From positions 57,784,001 through 57,848,000 of the forward strand of contig OX597817.1 of the NCBI GenBank assembly GCA_951406725.2: a DNA stretch of 64,000 nt. The letters are read 5' to 3'. The translations under genes and the position numbers were made by a program. Source of the stretch: Octopus vulgaris. Taxonomy: Eukaryota. Shown in pieces: positions 33,404 to 48,080 of the stretch. Numbering within the stretch: position 1 is the first letter of the stretch; the number at the start of each line of letters is the position of its first letter. The notes below the pieces were generated by a model. It was not told the origin of the DNA. It did not search any database and was given only the letters and a program-made list of their open reading frames with translations.

Positions 33404-33613
33404 AAGTTGAAAATTCAGTTTCCTAATCTACAGCCTTACTTTCACTTTAGTTCATACAATATTACAGGAAGAGCATCCAACCATTAAAACTACGCCAAAG
33501 CAGACACTGGAGTTTGGTGCAGTTCTCTGACTTGTCACCTCCTGTCAGGCATCCAACTCTTGCTATGGAAGACAGTAAATGATGAACCTACGCAAGATTA
33601 TAGTTAATATTAA

Positions 33614-33843
33614 GGCGGCGAACTGGCAGAAACGTTAGCACACCGGGCAAAATGCTTAACGGTATTTCGTCTGCCGCTACGTTCTGAGTTCAAATTCCGC
33701 CGAGGTCGACTTTGCCTTTCATCTTTTCGGGATCGATTAAATAAGTACCAGTTATGCACTGGGGTTGATATAATCAACTTAATCCATTTGTCTGTCCTTG
33801 TTTATCCCCTCTCTGTGTTTAGCCCCTTGTGGGTAGTAAAGAA
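33614..33843 (+). mobile_element. tRNA-derived SINE with Meta/MESC-like core; further copies at 35845-36050, 49638-49850, 49975-50180 and 57035-57420 (tandem), plus many decayed copies at 52300-59000 (mostly -)
   Basis: GAGTTCAAATTCC B-box, core GCCTTTCATCcTTTCGGGgTCGAT.AAATAAGTACCAG, and a 14-bp TSD AGATTATAGTTAAT (33595-33608 / 33846-33859). Confidence 0.85.
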
Positions 33844-34099
33844 TTAGATTATAGTTAATTCACATTAATTTGTAAAAAGCATGGGGCCCATTTCCCAGCT
33901 TCTTGGGCATATACATATTCCTCCCTGGATGGCAGTCCATCAGAATTACTCATTTTTACAGCTGAGTAAACTGAGCAACATGAAATGAAGTGTTTTGCTC
34001 AAGAACACAATATGTTGCCTGGTCCAGGAATTGAAACTACAATCTTACAATCACTAGTCCTACACCCTAACCCATGAACCTCCATACAAGGTTATAATC

Positions 34100-35600
34100 C
34101 ATGTCAAATGCTCAAACATCTCTCATTCAAATCCTTCATTATTTTGGAACATAATCAGCCATGTGCCATTTCTTGGAACCATCCAAGTTCCTTAGTGAAC
34201 CTCTTTATGTTCAAAGAATGTTTTAAAGTCAACTTCTGTGGAAATCTGTAGCAAAAGCAAACCACTGGAATTTGGCTTTCATGGTTTTATCCCAGAATAT
34301 CCTAAACAATTCCATATTTCAACATTTTCACATAATCACATGTTAAAGTCATCAAGAATAACTACTTTATCTCTTCCTAGAATTCTCTAAACTATGTTCT
34401 TTGATTGCTCATAACACAAACTTTTGCCATCATCAGAACCATTCATTACTGGTGCATAAATCATCATCATCCTCGTTTAATGTCTGCTTTCCATGCTAGC
34501 ATGGGTTGGACAATTTTGACTGAGGGCTGGCGAACCAGATGGCTGCATCAGGCTTCAGACTTGATCTGGCAGAGTTTCTATAGCTGGATGCCCTTCCTAA
34601 CGCCAACCACTCCAAGAGTGTAGTGGGTGCTTTTATGTACCACTGGCATGGGGCCAGTCAGGCGGTACTGGTAATGACCATGCTCGAACCTTTTACACAT
34701 GCCACCAGCACAGGTGCCAGTAAGGCGATGCTGTTAACGATCACGCTCGAATGGTGTCTTTTACGTACCACCGGCACGGAGGCCAGATAGCCGTTCTGGC
34801 AACGATCACACTTGGATGGTGCTCTTAATACCCTACTAGCATGGGGCTCAAGTGCCAGTAAGGCGACGCTGGTAACAATCATGCTCGAATGGTGCCTTTT
34901 AAGTGTCTCTGAAGAAGCCGGTTAGCCGCTCTGTCAATGATCACATTCATATGGTGCTCTTTGCACCCTGCTAGCACTGACGCCAGTCATCGAATTTGAT
35001 TCGCAGAATAACCACAGACATTAACCTACACACAAGTCATAGGGAAACTGCAACCAGCAGGACTTCCTGAACAGCATGCCTAACAAAGAAGTTTTCTTGA
35101 ATTCTTTTAGTAGAGTGGTCTGCCTGATCACAGGCCGTGTCAGGTACAGCCAACTTCACAAAGAAAAGCCTGTCCATGATTTAACTCTTTAGCATTCAAA
35201 TTACCGTGAGCAAAGTGATGCTTGTTGATCCACATTGCTTTGAACTATGTTTTATCTTTTGGTTTTGAGATTTTGATGATGTGATTGTTTATTTTTAGAA
35301 TGATATTTTAGAGAAGGTGTGAGAGACCAGATTTGACCAGTTTGAACTGAAAACAGGTAGAATATTTGGGCCTGATATGGTCAGTTTAAATGTGAAAGGG
35401 TTAAGCCTTTAATTCAGTAAGACATGATGCTGGCTTCATTGCAAAATTCATTCCAGACTCCCTTCTCTGATTATCATCTTTTCCATATAAATAAAAAATA
35501 GTGCAACCTCTTCTTCCTCACCAGAAAAATAGATCTCAGATAAGGCCACAATACATTTTGTAAGCTCCAAAGAAAATAAAGCATTTTTTTTTTATTTCAG
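34100..35600 (-). mobile_element. Old RTE-type endonuclease relic interrupted by younger insertions
   Basis: Decayed RDKVVILDDFN, NSSGLLLLQ and TFFEHK..GTWM.PR motifs. Confidence 0.55.
35181..35404. mobile_element. Second piggyBac-type MITE family (also ~52918-53115 and ~60914-61098)
   Basis: TTAACyCTTT.GCATTCA...TTTAAATG..AAAGGGTTA(A) termini shared by three copies. Confidence 0.6.
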
Positions 35601-36449
35601 CAGATGTCTTCATAAAAATCATGGTTCTTACAGTCTAACAATCATGTATGTGCTTTTTGACAATCACCTAATAACAACTAGACCCAGTTGCCGTTTTGGG
35701 AATCCCTACCAAACCAAATCTGTGCGTTTGAATTTCACAAGCCCATTTTACCATTTACATTTCTCGAGGGTCATATTTTTTCATAAACATCAGTGACACA
35801 CACAGGCAATATATGGCTGGTGTTTTGAGACTAGTACCAGCTAAACATATAAGGGGACAAACAAGGACAGACAAAGGGATTAAGTCAGTTACATTGACCC
35901 CAGTATGCAACTGGTACTTATTTAATCGACCCTGAAAGGATGAAAGGCAAAGTTGACCTTGGTGGAATTTGAACTCAGAATGTAAAGACAGTCAAAATAC
36001 TGCTAAGCATTTCGCCCGGCGTGCTAACATTTCTGCCAGCTCACTGCCTTTCAGCACCAGCTATATATTGTCTAAATGAATATGTTACCCAAAACCTTTC
36101 CAAAAAAATATCTGGGAATTTTAAGACAATTCCACACAAAACAAGATGACCTTCTGTGGATGAAATGTAAACTGTCCAAGATAAAAGGGAGCTGTGGCTT
36201 TCACAGCAGAGCATTGCTCCTTTTGGTCATCTCAGATACTTTTATCCATGCACTGTTGCTTAGCAGCTGTCGACCCTTACATTAGGTTCCCCTGTACTGG
36301 TAACGGATCTCATTTTGTCCTTCTGGCAGCCATCTTTCTTCACGCTATCCTTATAGGAGTGGTAGCTTAGTCACAAATGTTGTGACCACATAATGGCTTA
36401 CACGTTACCAGTAGCATTTATAAGTGGCCTAGCATATTGTAAAGACTCA

Positions 36450-36480
<31 letters not shown>

Positions 36481-36507
36481 CAGGCACACACACATATACA
36501 CGCACAC

Positions 36508-36541
<34 letters not shown>

Positions 36542-36568
36542 CAGGCACACACACATATACACGCACAC

Positions 36569-36608
<40 letters not shown>

Positions 36609-38064
36609 TACATACACACACACACACATACATCTATGGACACACACCCACACAAATATACAGGGTTCTTTTATTATTTTTTTTGTATCAGACATATATA
36701 GGATCTAAAGCAATGATATATGTTAATTTCTAGAGAATTAGAGAATCTGTAAAAATACAAAAATCCTTCCCGTATTGTGCTTCTTCCTCCCCTCTCTTCA
36801 GATCTCGTTTCCTTTCTCATTTCCTGCATTCCACTTATTTTTCTATCCAGCATCAACAAAACTTATCTTGAACAAATTTAACCTCATTAACTACAATCAC
36901 AAACAACTGTTTCTTGTTAAATTTTTGTTTGTAGCTCATTTTCTAAAATTAAATTGAAATCCCGTCCTTAAGACTGATTCATGCCTTCCACCATGTTTCC
37001 CCTCCTCCTCTATATCTCTCTCGTTTTCTCTATCTCTGCACAAACTTGTTTATCATACATTTTCCCCACACACATACACTCTTAAAATGCCTTCTAACAA
37101 AAACGTCCGTTCATCTGTCTGACTATCATGGATTTCTCTTGTATTACTCTTTTGTTCTTCTCATCCTCTCCCAGTAAACAAAGGAATATACATTTGGAAA
37201 CAGCACAAAGAAGAGAGGGTCCTCATTAATGTTGCCAGGGAGAAAGCCTCCCTGGTGCCAGTAAATGAATGAAGAGAGATGTCTTTGGCAAAGAGCTCAT
37301 TTTGCTGCAGAAGCTGACTCATGCTCACACTCTCCTCATTACAGAAGACATATTAAACAAGACTATGACGCTAGAGAGTGGCACTTCAAGGCCAGGGTAC
37401 CCACAAAACCCCCAGCTAGGAGCAGATACCCTGGTAGGCCTGTGGGAGCCTGATTTAGAAAATTTGCAAGAGAAACACCAAAACTCTGCAAGATAGGCTA
37501 ACCAGGCCATCACTCATCCTATCAAGGATGTGGTGACAAATTAAATCATCATCATTGTTTAAAATCTACTTTCCATGCTAGCATGGGTTGGACAATTTTG
37601 ACTGAGGGCTGGCGAACCAGATGGCTGCATCAGGCTCCAATCTTGATCTGGCAGAGTTTCTACAGCTGGATGCCCTTCCTAACGCCAACTACTCCGAGAG
37701 TGTAGTGGGTGCTTTTTATGTGCCACTGGCATGGGGCCAGTCAAGCGGTACTGGCAACGACCTCTCTGGAATCTTTTACACATGCCACCGGCACAGGTGC
37801 CAGTAAGGCGATGCTGGCAACGATCACGCTCAAATGGTGCCCTTTTATGGTGCCCGGATATCACACATTCTTTCTACAAGTCAGGAAAGACTTTACAAGA
37901 GATCTGAGAAAATGGACAAGGAGATATTCTATCTGAAATATTTTACCAATTGTCTCAATCCATGAGGACTTTCATCGCACATCTTGGAACTTAAAAAAGG
38001 AGGGACCAATAATTCAGTTGGGGAATCTGGAACCAAAAATGGCAACTGTAACAGAACATGATAC

Positions 38065-38183
38065 ACAGTGTGTCCATAAAGTCGTGGTGGAATTTTAAAA
38101 CGATTTATGTAACTTGGAACACAACACATTTCAACAAGTTTCATCAATCGTTTTAAAATCCCTCCATCACTTTAGACACCCTC
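38065..38183. mobile_element. Small palindromic Tc1/mariner-type MITE
   Basis: CAGTGTGTCCATAAAGT.GTGG.GGAATTTTAAAACGATT is imperfectly inverted at the other end. Confidence 0.55.
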
Positions 38184-38618
38184 TTTACTCTTTTTCACGT
38201 TTCAGTTATTTGACTGTAGCCATGCTGGAGCACTGCCTTTAGTCCACAGTCCACTCAGGCTTGAGTCGGATGAGTGAGCTCACCTACAGAGTTTGGGAAG
38301 ATCTCACCTCATACGTTTTATTTTAGCATGGTTTCTAAGGTCGGTTGCCCTTCCTAACACTAACCACTTCACAAAAAGTATTGGATCCCTTTCCATACTG
38401 CCAGCACCAAAGCAGTAGCCAAGTCCCTGTCACAGCCCCATGTTTTTGCTCACCGATCCACATCTTTACAGATGCAAGAAGAGTGATTTGAGTAGTGTGG
38501 GTTGGGGCGTGGCAAATGGAAAGGAGGTGGGTTCTGTACCAAAGAGCTGCATAAAGAAGTGATGAGATCTTGATTGGAAGCTGGCATCATGTCAGAATGA
38601 AGTTTAATACATACTAAT

Positions 38619-39260
38619 ACAAGGGGGTACCTAGAAGAAACCAGAATTTTGCAATATTATTTCATTCACTTGGTTTTACAGGTTTACACTTTTATCACCT
38701 TCGAAGTATTCTCCACTTGAAGCAATGCATTGGCCCCGACGTGTTTTCCACAGTTCAAAGCAGTCCTGGAACTCTTGCCAAGAAAAACCTTTTAATGCCT
38801 CCATTGTTTTTCACCACCTCTTCCACATCTGCAAATTCCATAGCACCAGCTTTGAAAAAAGGTTCAGATCCTTTGAAAAAAGGTCCAGATTGACTTCCAG
38901 CTGTTCTTTCAGATCACGACACACATTCAGTTGTGACTGTTTTTGATCTTCTGTGAGCAAGCGAGGCACAAATTTTGCTGCAAATCTTTTCATTCACAAT
39001 TCCTCACACAAAGTTCATTAGCAGGAGTGCCAGGATACACCAGCCATATCAAAAAGTTCATTAATTGTTCAGCAACAGCCTCTCAAGAATTTTTGTGATG
39101 TTCTCATTTGCTTGGGAGGTCACTCTCAATGAGGTTGGTCTTAAAGTGCCAAGTCACCATTCCTAAAGTGGGGAAACCACTTGTAAACTTGTATTTTGCT
39201 CATGGCAGTGTCCTTGTAAGCTGTTTGAAGCATGACAACCGTTTCAGCCACCATTAGTAA
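38619..39260 (-). mobile_element. Internally deleted mariner relic
   Basis: MKRFAAKFVPRLLTEDQK (WVPxxL-type motif) and the C-terminal remnant WKTRRGQCIASSGEYFEGDK. Confidence 0.7.
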
Positions 39261-39304
39261 TATAGGGCAAGTTCCATTTGATTGTGCCCCCTAGTTGGAT
39301 AGGT

Positions 39305-39500
39305 CACAGAGTACATACAGATAATGAATTCACCTTTGTGCCAATAACTATTGGTGCATTTGGTTTTGTGAGTAAATGCCTAAGTAACAATCTGGGTGAG
39401 CAAGGGTTATTAGAGATAGAGAAACCAGCCAGCTGACACAGACAGTACAAACACAATCTGTAAGCTGAACAATAAATAATGCGAGAGTTTTCTCAAGTTT
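39305..39500 (+). mobile_element. R4/Dong-like RLE retrotransposon C-terminal relic
   Basis: FTFVPITIGAFGFVSKCLSNNL resembles the xPIxIGALG motif after the restriction-like endonuclease. Confidence 0.55.
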
Positions 39501-39819
39501 AAAATGTGACACTGTTTTTCTGAACATTCCAATGATGGAGCTTTTTATCTTTGTTACAACCCAGCTCCTTCAAAGAAAGATTTCAAATAATTACAAACAA
39601 GAGAATGCATCCATGCATAAACATAATATATAAATTCATTCTTACATAGGACCAGATGTCCTCATATTGCCAACCTGACCCGTTTTAAAGTAGAGCATAT
39701 TTTATTCCACCAAACTTCTAAATTCTAAGCACAATTATGCCATTTTCTTTACACAGATGAGCTCAAGCAATCAAGTGAAAATAACTTCACACACAAACTA
39801 TTCAAATTCATTCATTCAT

Positions 39820-40053
39820 TCTACCTATCTACATAGCTACCAACCTGCCTATCTATTTACCTACCTACCTACCTATTCATCTACATATCTACCTGCCTAC
39901 CTATTCATCTATCTACCTACCTGCCTACCTATTTATCTATCTACCTACCCACCTATTTACCTACCTACATGCCTATCTATCTACATATCTACCTACCTAT
40001 GTGCCTATCTATTTACCTATCTACCTGCCTACCTATTTATCTATCTACCTACC
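39820..40053. repeat. (CTAC)/(CTAT) compound tetranucleotide microsatellite
   Basis: Directly visible. Confidence 0.9.
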
Positions 40054-40499
40054 CGCTTTGCTATTCACAATGCTCCAGTCACTCACCTGGCGAAAAAAGT
40101 ACTATACCTGTCATTCAAAGGGGCCAACCTTGTCACATTCTGTGACACACTGAATCTCCCTAAGAACTATGTTAAGGGTACACTTGTCTGTGGAGTATTA
40201 AGCCACTTGTATGTTAATTTCCCAAGCAGGCTGTTCCATTGATCAGACCAACTGGAACACACACGTATATAAAACATAACTGACACTGTCAGTTATGATG
40301 ACAAACATTCAACTTAGTCCAATCAATGTGTGTGTGTGACCTGCATAGTAGATATATAAACAAGGCTAATTCAACTATTTCTCTGTGGTTTGAATGACAC
40401 GATGAACAGCTTTAATCACTTTTCAAACCTTATTGGGTTCTCATCAGAAGAGTCCACACATTTGACCAATTCCAGACCAACGAGCAGCCAATCTGTTTC

Positions 40500-41856
40500 T
40501 CATCATCATCATTAACATCGTTTAATGTCCGTTCTCCATGCTAGCATGGGTTGGACGGTTCGACTGGGGATCTGGGAAGCCAGAAGGCTGCACCAGGCTC
40601 CGGTCTTATCTGGCAATGTTTCTACAGCTGGATGCCCTTCCTAACGCCAACCACTCCGTGAGTGTAGTGGGTGCTTTTTACGTGCACCTGCACTGGTGCC
40701 AGGCGAGGCTGGCATCGGCCACGGTTGGATTGGTGCATTTTACGTGCCACCGGCACGGAAGCCAGTCGAAGCGGCACTGGTTTCGACCACGATTCGGATG
40801 GTGCTTTTTACGTACCACCGATACGGAAGCCAGTTGAGGCAGCGCTGGCATTGGCCACGATTCAGATAGTGCTTTTTACGTATCTCCAGTCCAAGGGTCC
40901 TGGCATCTGCCGGGTGCCAGTCATAGGATTGGTTCAATTTCGATTCCGATTTCACTTGCCCCAACAGGTCTTCGGAAGCAAAGGGGGGTTGGCATAGGTG
41001 CCTGTCGTCGGATGAGGTTCGATATCGACTTCGCTTGCCTCAACAGGTCTTTGTGTGTCCAAGGGAGGAAAGGCATGCATAAGTGGGCTGAACTCACTTG
41101 TCCTGCCTGGTCTTTTCACACACAGCATATTTCCAAAGGTCTCGGTCGCTGGTCATTTCCTCAGTGAGACCTAAAGTTCGAAGGTCGTGCTTCACCACCT
41201 CGTCCCAAGTTTTCCTGGGTCTACCTCTTCCACGGGTTCCCTCCACTGCTAGGGATTGGCACTTTTTCACACACCTACCTTCATCCATTCTCGCCACATG
41301 ACCATACCAGCGCAATCGTCTCTCTTGCACACCACAACTGATGCTTCTTAGGTCCAACATTTCTCTCAGGGTACTAACGCTCTGTCGAGCATGCACACTG
41401 ACATTACACATCCATCGGAGCATACTGGCTTCATTTCTCGCGAGCTTACGCATGTCCTCAGCAGTCACGGCCCATGTTTCACTGCCATGTAGCATGGCTG
41501 TTCGTACACATGCATCATACAGTCTGCCTTTTACTCTGAGCGAGAGGCCTTTAGTAACCAGCAGAGGTAAGAGCTCCCTAAACTTTGCCCAGGCTATTCT
41601 TACTCTAGCCGTTACACTTTCAGCACACCCACCCCCACTACTGACTTGGTCACCAAGATAACGGAAGCTATCAACTACTTCTAGTTTTTCCCCCTGGAAA
41701 GTGACGGAAGTTGTTTTCTGCAGATTTTCAGAGGTTAATGCTCCTGAGCATCTGCCACATACAAAAACTATCTTCCCAGTTAGCCTTCCTTTGACATTGC
41801 TGCACCTCTTATGTGTCCATAGCTTACGCTGGGTACATCTTATAGAGTTGTTTCTA
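40500..41856 (-). mobile_element. 5'-truncated RTE-clade LINE: RT C-terminus (41094-41856), 3' UTR with ~60-bp internal tandem units, (GAT)n tail
   Basis: VDSFRYLGD, RVKGRLYDACVRTAMLHGSETW, RRLRWYGHVARM and GRGRPRKTW. Confidence 0.93.
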
Positions 41857-42104
41857 TACACAACAAATCCAACAGCTCCAGAGAAATGGATAAATTTGTT
41901 TCTAATGGTGGACCTCAAAGTAGAGAAGCTATAAGTAATAGCAGGAAAATATTAGGGAGCCTTCAACCTTTTTCTCTCTGAAGGGTTTTTAATCCAATAT
42001 TTACCCACCATTATCCATATGTTATCTACTTTGAGATTCAATGCTAAAAAAAAACAAAAAAAATTACTTCACATTTTTTCGATGTTCATAAATTATTATA
42101 TTAA

Positions 42105-42401
42105 CTGCATGTGTGTATATATATACATACACACCACACACACAAATATACATACATACATACACACACACACATACAAATATACATACATATATACACA
42201 CACAAATATACATACATATATATATAGACACACAAATATACATACATATATATATATATATACACACAAATATACATACATATATATATATACACACACA
42301 AATAAATATACATATATACACACAAATATACATACATACATATATATATACACACACACACAAATATACATACATATATACACACACACAAATATACACA
42401 C

Positions 42402-42437
<36 letters not shown>

Positions 42438-42482
42438 ATATACACACAAATATGCATACAAATATACATATATACACATACA
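42105..42482. repeat. Compound TA/CA microsatellite
   Basis: Directly visible. Confidence 0.9.
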
Positions 42483-42544
42483 TTAAAACAATGAATTTTC
42501 ATGCAGTTTTTGTTTACCATTTTCACTCCCAAGGTAATAGTGGA

Positions 42545-43450
42545 AGACAATTCTTCAAGTTGCTCTGAAATGATCTTGAGGACCTAATGCTGTTTCCAGC
42601 AAAAGCATCCCTCGCTCAGTGCCTTGAAGAAGCAGTTCAGAGTGTGCTTAGGCATCCCTGACTAAGAATGCATGAGGTACGCATGTGTCTGCTCAATTGC
42701 TCTATTTAAATTGTATGGACCAGAGAAGACAAAACAGAGATCCCTGAATTAATAACTGGATCATTTATGGGTTCCACTTCCAGATGTCATTTCATTCTAT
42801 TGTCTGCTCTTCATCCTCCACTGATGTATGCACCACCTCCTGCACCAGCTTTTGCGTCTCATTCTTGTCAGATTGTTGTTGCATTCCTGAGTCCAGCCTT
42901 GCTTCGTTCCACATGCCTAGAAAGGCCGTGTTTCAGCTGTCTCCACTGGATACTCGATTGTCTCACTTGCCTTCCATTTCCTCCCTCTTCTCATGGAAAT
43001 TCCATGCTAAATATTTCAGTGTTCCTTGTATCAGTACACTACATGTGTTCTATGTGACTATGAATTCTTGACAAACAATGTTAGTCTGAGATTGTTACTG
43101 CTTCCATACAACCCAATACTGATGTATAGCAAACCCACCCTCCAATAAATATGGTTGCTTATCTTACACTCAAGGCCCCCCATCACAGACATGGAGACTT
43201 TATAGAAGAACAGGAACCAAAGGATTTTTGAGAAGACCCAATGTTGATAAATGTTGGCCTTGAAATTTCCTGGTAGTCCAGACTTGTTTTCATGTCCTTA
43301 ACCAGCACCTTGATAAAAATCTGTTACCATCAGGCTGTAGATAAAGATTTTCCTGAGTTTCTTCACAAGATTTTGGTGTAATAGATGCAGTCTGTCTTCT
43401 CCCATTTTGAAGTGAAAATAATTAATTTTCTCTTTCTTACAAACTATACA
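42545..43450 (-). mobile_element. Degenerate HERO/NeSL-like (RLE, R2 group) retrotransposon fragment
   Basis: Decayed SGLPGNFKANIYQHWVFSKILW.LFFYKV and KHTLNCFFKALSEG.F.WKQH*VLKII, compared with the expected SGLPGKFK.WIYQH and HILS.C..AL.QGRY.WRHD.VL. Confidence 0.7.
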
Positions 43451-43698
43451 CACCAATTTTGCCCTTTGAAACACAGGTACAACAGAAACAGGAAAAAAGA
43501 GTGAAAGTCGTGGTGAAAGAGTACAGCAGAGTTCGCCACCTACCCCTGCAAGGGCCTCATGAAGTTTTAAGTGTTTTCGCTCAAACACTCACAACGCCAC
43601 GTCTAGGAATTGAAACTGCGATCCTATGACTGTGTCAGCTGCCCTAACTACTAGGCCATTGCACCTCATCAGTTTCTAAACACTAGTGTTGGGGAACA

Positions 43699-44031
43699 AA
43701 CACATACACACACATATATATATATACATATACATATATATACATATTTATACATACATATATACATATACATACATATATATATACATACATACATATA
43801 TACATACATACACATACATACATACATATACATACATACATATATATATACATACATATACATACATACATATATATATACATCAATCAATCAATATATA
43901 TATACATACATACATATATATATACATACATATACATACATATATATATACATACATACATATATATACATACATACATATATATACATACATACATATA
44001 CATACATATATACATATACATATATACATAC

Positions 44032-44065
<34 letters not shown>

Positions 44066-44945
44066 ACATACATACATATATATATATACATACATATACA
44101 TACATATATACATACATACATATACATACATATATACATACATATATATATATAAATACAAATACATACATATATATATATACATACATATATATATATA
44201 AATACATATACATACATATATATATATACATACATACATATATACGTACATATACATACATATACATATATACATACATACATATATACATACATATACA
44301 CATACATATACATACATATACATACATACATATACATACATATATATACATACATACATACATATATATATACATACATATACATACATATATATATACA
44401 TACATATACATACATATATATATACATACATATACATACATATATATATACATACATATACATACATATATATATACATATATATATATATACATACATA
44501 TATATATACATACATATATACATACATATATATATACATACATATATACATACATATATACATACATATATATATACATATACATACATATATATACATA
44601 TACATACATATATATATACATATACATACATATATATATACATACATATATATACATATACATACATATATATATACATATACATACATATATATATACA
44701 TATACATACATATATATATACATATACATACATATATATATACATATACATACATATATATATACATACATATATATATACATACATATATATATACATA
44801 CATATATATATACATACATATATATATACATACATATACATATATATATACATACATATACATATATATATACATACATATACATATATATATACATACA
44901 TATACATATATATATACATACATACATATATACATACATACATAT

Positions 44946-44978
<33 letters not shown>

Positions 44979-45195
44979 CATACATATATATGCATACATA
45001 AATACATACATACATACATACAAAAATATCTAAATACATACATACATATACATACATATATATACATACATACATACATATACATACATACATATATATA
45101 CATACATACATATATACATACATACATACATACATATATACATACATATGTACATACATATATACATACATACATACATACATATATATACATAC

Positions 45196-45226
<31 letters not shown>

Positions 45227-46160
45227 CATACATATACATACATATATACATACATATATATACATATATACATACATATATATACATATACGTACATATA
45301 TATACATACATATATACATATATACATACATACATATATATACATATACATACATATATATATACATATATACATACATATATATACATACATACATATA
45401 TATACATACATACATATATATACATATATACATACATATATATACACATATACATACATATACATACACATATACATACATATACATACACATATACATA
45501 CATATACATACACATATACATACATATATATACACATATATATACACATATACACACATATATACACATACATACATATATATACACATATACATACATA
45601 TATATACACATATACATACATATATATACACATATACATACATATATATACACATATACATACATACATATACACATATACATACATACATATACATACA
45701 TACATATACACATATACATACATACATATACACATATACATACATACATATACATACATACATACACACATATACATACATACATATACACATATACATA
45801 CATACATATATACATATACATACATACACACATATACATACATATATACATACATATACATACATACATATATACATACATATACATACATATATACATA
45901 TACATACATACATACATATACATACATATATACATACATATATACATATACATACATATATACATACATATATACATATACATACATATATACATATACA
46001 TACATATATACATATACATACATATATACATATACATACATATATACATATACATACATATATACATATACATACATATATACATATACATACATATATA
46101 CATATACATACATATATACATATACACACATATATATATACATATACACACATATATATA
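43699..46160. repeat. Compound (TA)/(TACA) microsatellite; a (TCAA)3 remnant at 43884-43894 may be a LINE tail
   Basis: Directly visible. Confidence 0.95.
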
Positions 46161-47668
46161 TTGATTGATTGATTGATTGATTCTAGTTTCAGCTTATGAG
46201 CTGTGGCCATGCTGGGGCACCGCCATTTGGTGTTGCTACTTGGTTTCACTTCATGGAGGCTTTCTAGCAACTGCTATTTGGTGCATGAGAGAGTTCGATG
46301 CAGCTGCCCTCATCTGCCCCTCCTGCCGTGAAGTTGGTTCATCTGGGACACCTGACAGGAAGAGATCCAGCTTCATTTTAAAGACATCTGTATCCACCCC
46401 ATGCAGGTCTCTCAGGTTCTTCGGGAGGATATTGAAGAGCTGTGGGCCTCGGAAGCCCAGGCTATCACAGAATCTTGTCCTACATCTTGATGGCAGGTTT
46501 GGAGTCCTAGGCACCACGCAGTGGCGCCCAGTTCTGGCATTTGCGTAACTCTCGATGCCAAAGTTCAGGACACTTCCCTCCAGGATCTTCCAGATGTATA
46601 TTATGGCATATCTTTCCCGCCTACGCTCCAGGGAATATAATTTTAATCTCTTGAGTCTTTCCCAGTAGCTTACATTCTGCATAGAGGCTATCTTCTTTGT
46701 GTAGCTTCGTTGGATCGCCTCAAGTTCTGTGATCAACTTGACACTGGATGGTGACCATAGCTGAGAGCAATAGTCAAAGTGGCTTAGGACAAGTGTCTTC
46801 CAGAGGACCATCATGGTTTCTTGTTCTCTTGTTCTAAAGGTTCTAAGAATCCATCCAGCCAGCCGTCTACATTTCATTGTCAGTTTAGCAACATGTACAT
46901 GAAAGGTCGCGTCATCACTCATGTGAATACCCAGGTCACGCACTGATTGTGCCTCTGGGATTGCAATCCCTCCGGGTCCAGTGTATTCATTGGGTATTGC
47001 ATTCAGTTTTGCATGCTGATAGTATAAAGCTTGAAACTTTCCAGCATTGAACTGCATGCTATTCTTTTCAGCCCACTTGTATATTTCGTCCAGCTCACAT
47101 TGCAGGTGTTTAGTGTCCTCAGGGTTCTGTATTGCCTGTGAAACTTTTGTATCATCTGCATAACTTGTGATCGTGGCTCTCTGCGTGGCTGAGGGCATGT
47201 CTGAGAGGGCCATTATGAACAGTAGTGGTCCCAGAACAGTGCCCTGCGGAACACCGCTCACTATTTGTGTGTTAATGGAGGTGGCCCCATTGGCTACTAC
47301 CACCTGACTTCTATCCTTCAGAAAGTCATGAAGCCATTCTCCCAGTTTTCCAACTATGTTGAGATCACGCAGTTTGTGACATATCATTCCATGATCGACT
47401 TTATCAAAGGCCTTTGCAAAGTCGAGATATATCACTTCCACATTTGAGTGGTTGAGCAGCCGTTTCAGCACCCAGTCATAGTGTTGTAGGAGCTGAGTTA
47501 AACAGCTTCTCCCTGGTCGGAAACCATGTTGGGTGTGGGGCAGCAAGTCATTCTCTTCAAGGAAGGTGATCAGCTTCCTTCTGACTATTCGTTCCATGAC
47601 CTTGCTGATGTGTGAGGTCAGAGAGATAGGTCTTTAGTTCTTGGCTTCCGCTCTGCTACCTCCTTTAT
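46161..47668 (-). mobile_element. 5'-truncated young copy of LINE family A (RT and C-terminus open, 46251-47597)
   Basis: Nearly identical to 13019-14533 with (TCAA)n tail; both flanks are TA microsatellite. Confidence 0.96.
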
Positions 47669-47942
47669 ATATACACATATATACACACATATATATATAC
47701 ACATATATATACACATATATGTACACATATATATACACATATATATACACATATACATACACATATATATACACATATACATACACATATATATACACAT
47801 ATACATACACATATACATACACATATATATACACATATACATACACATATATATACACATATACATACACATATATATACACATATATATACACATATAC
47901 ATACACATATATATATACATATACATATACATACACATATAT

Positions 47943-47981
<39 letters not shown>

Positions 47982-47990
47982 CACATATAT

Positions 47991-48029
<39 letters not shown>

Positions 48030-48038
48030 CACATATAT

Positions 48039-48080
<42 letters not shown>

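Noticed and set aside
37180-38060. Possible decayed LTR-retrotransposon or gene fragment
   Set aside because: It looks coding-like, but no motif could be recognised with confidence.
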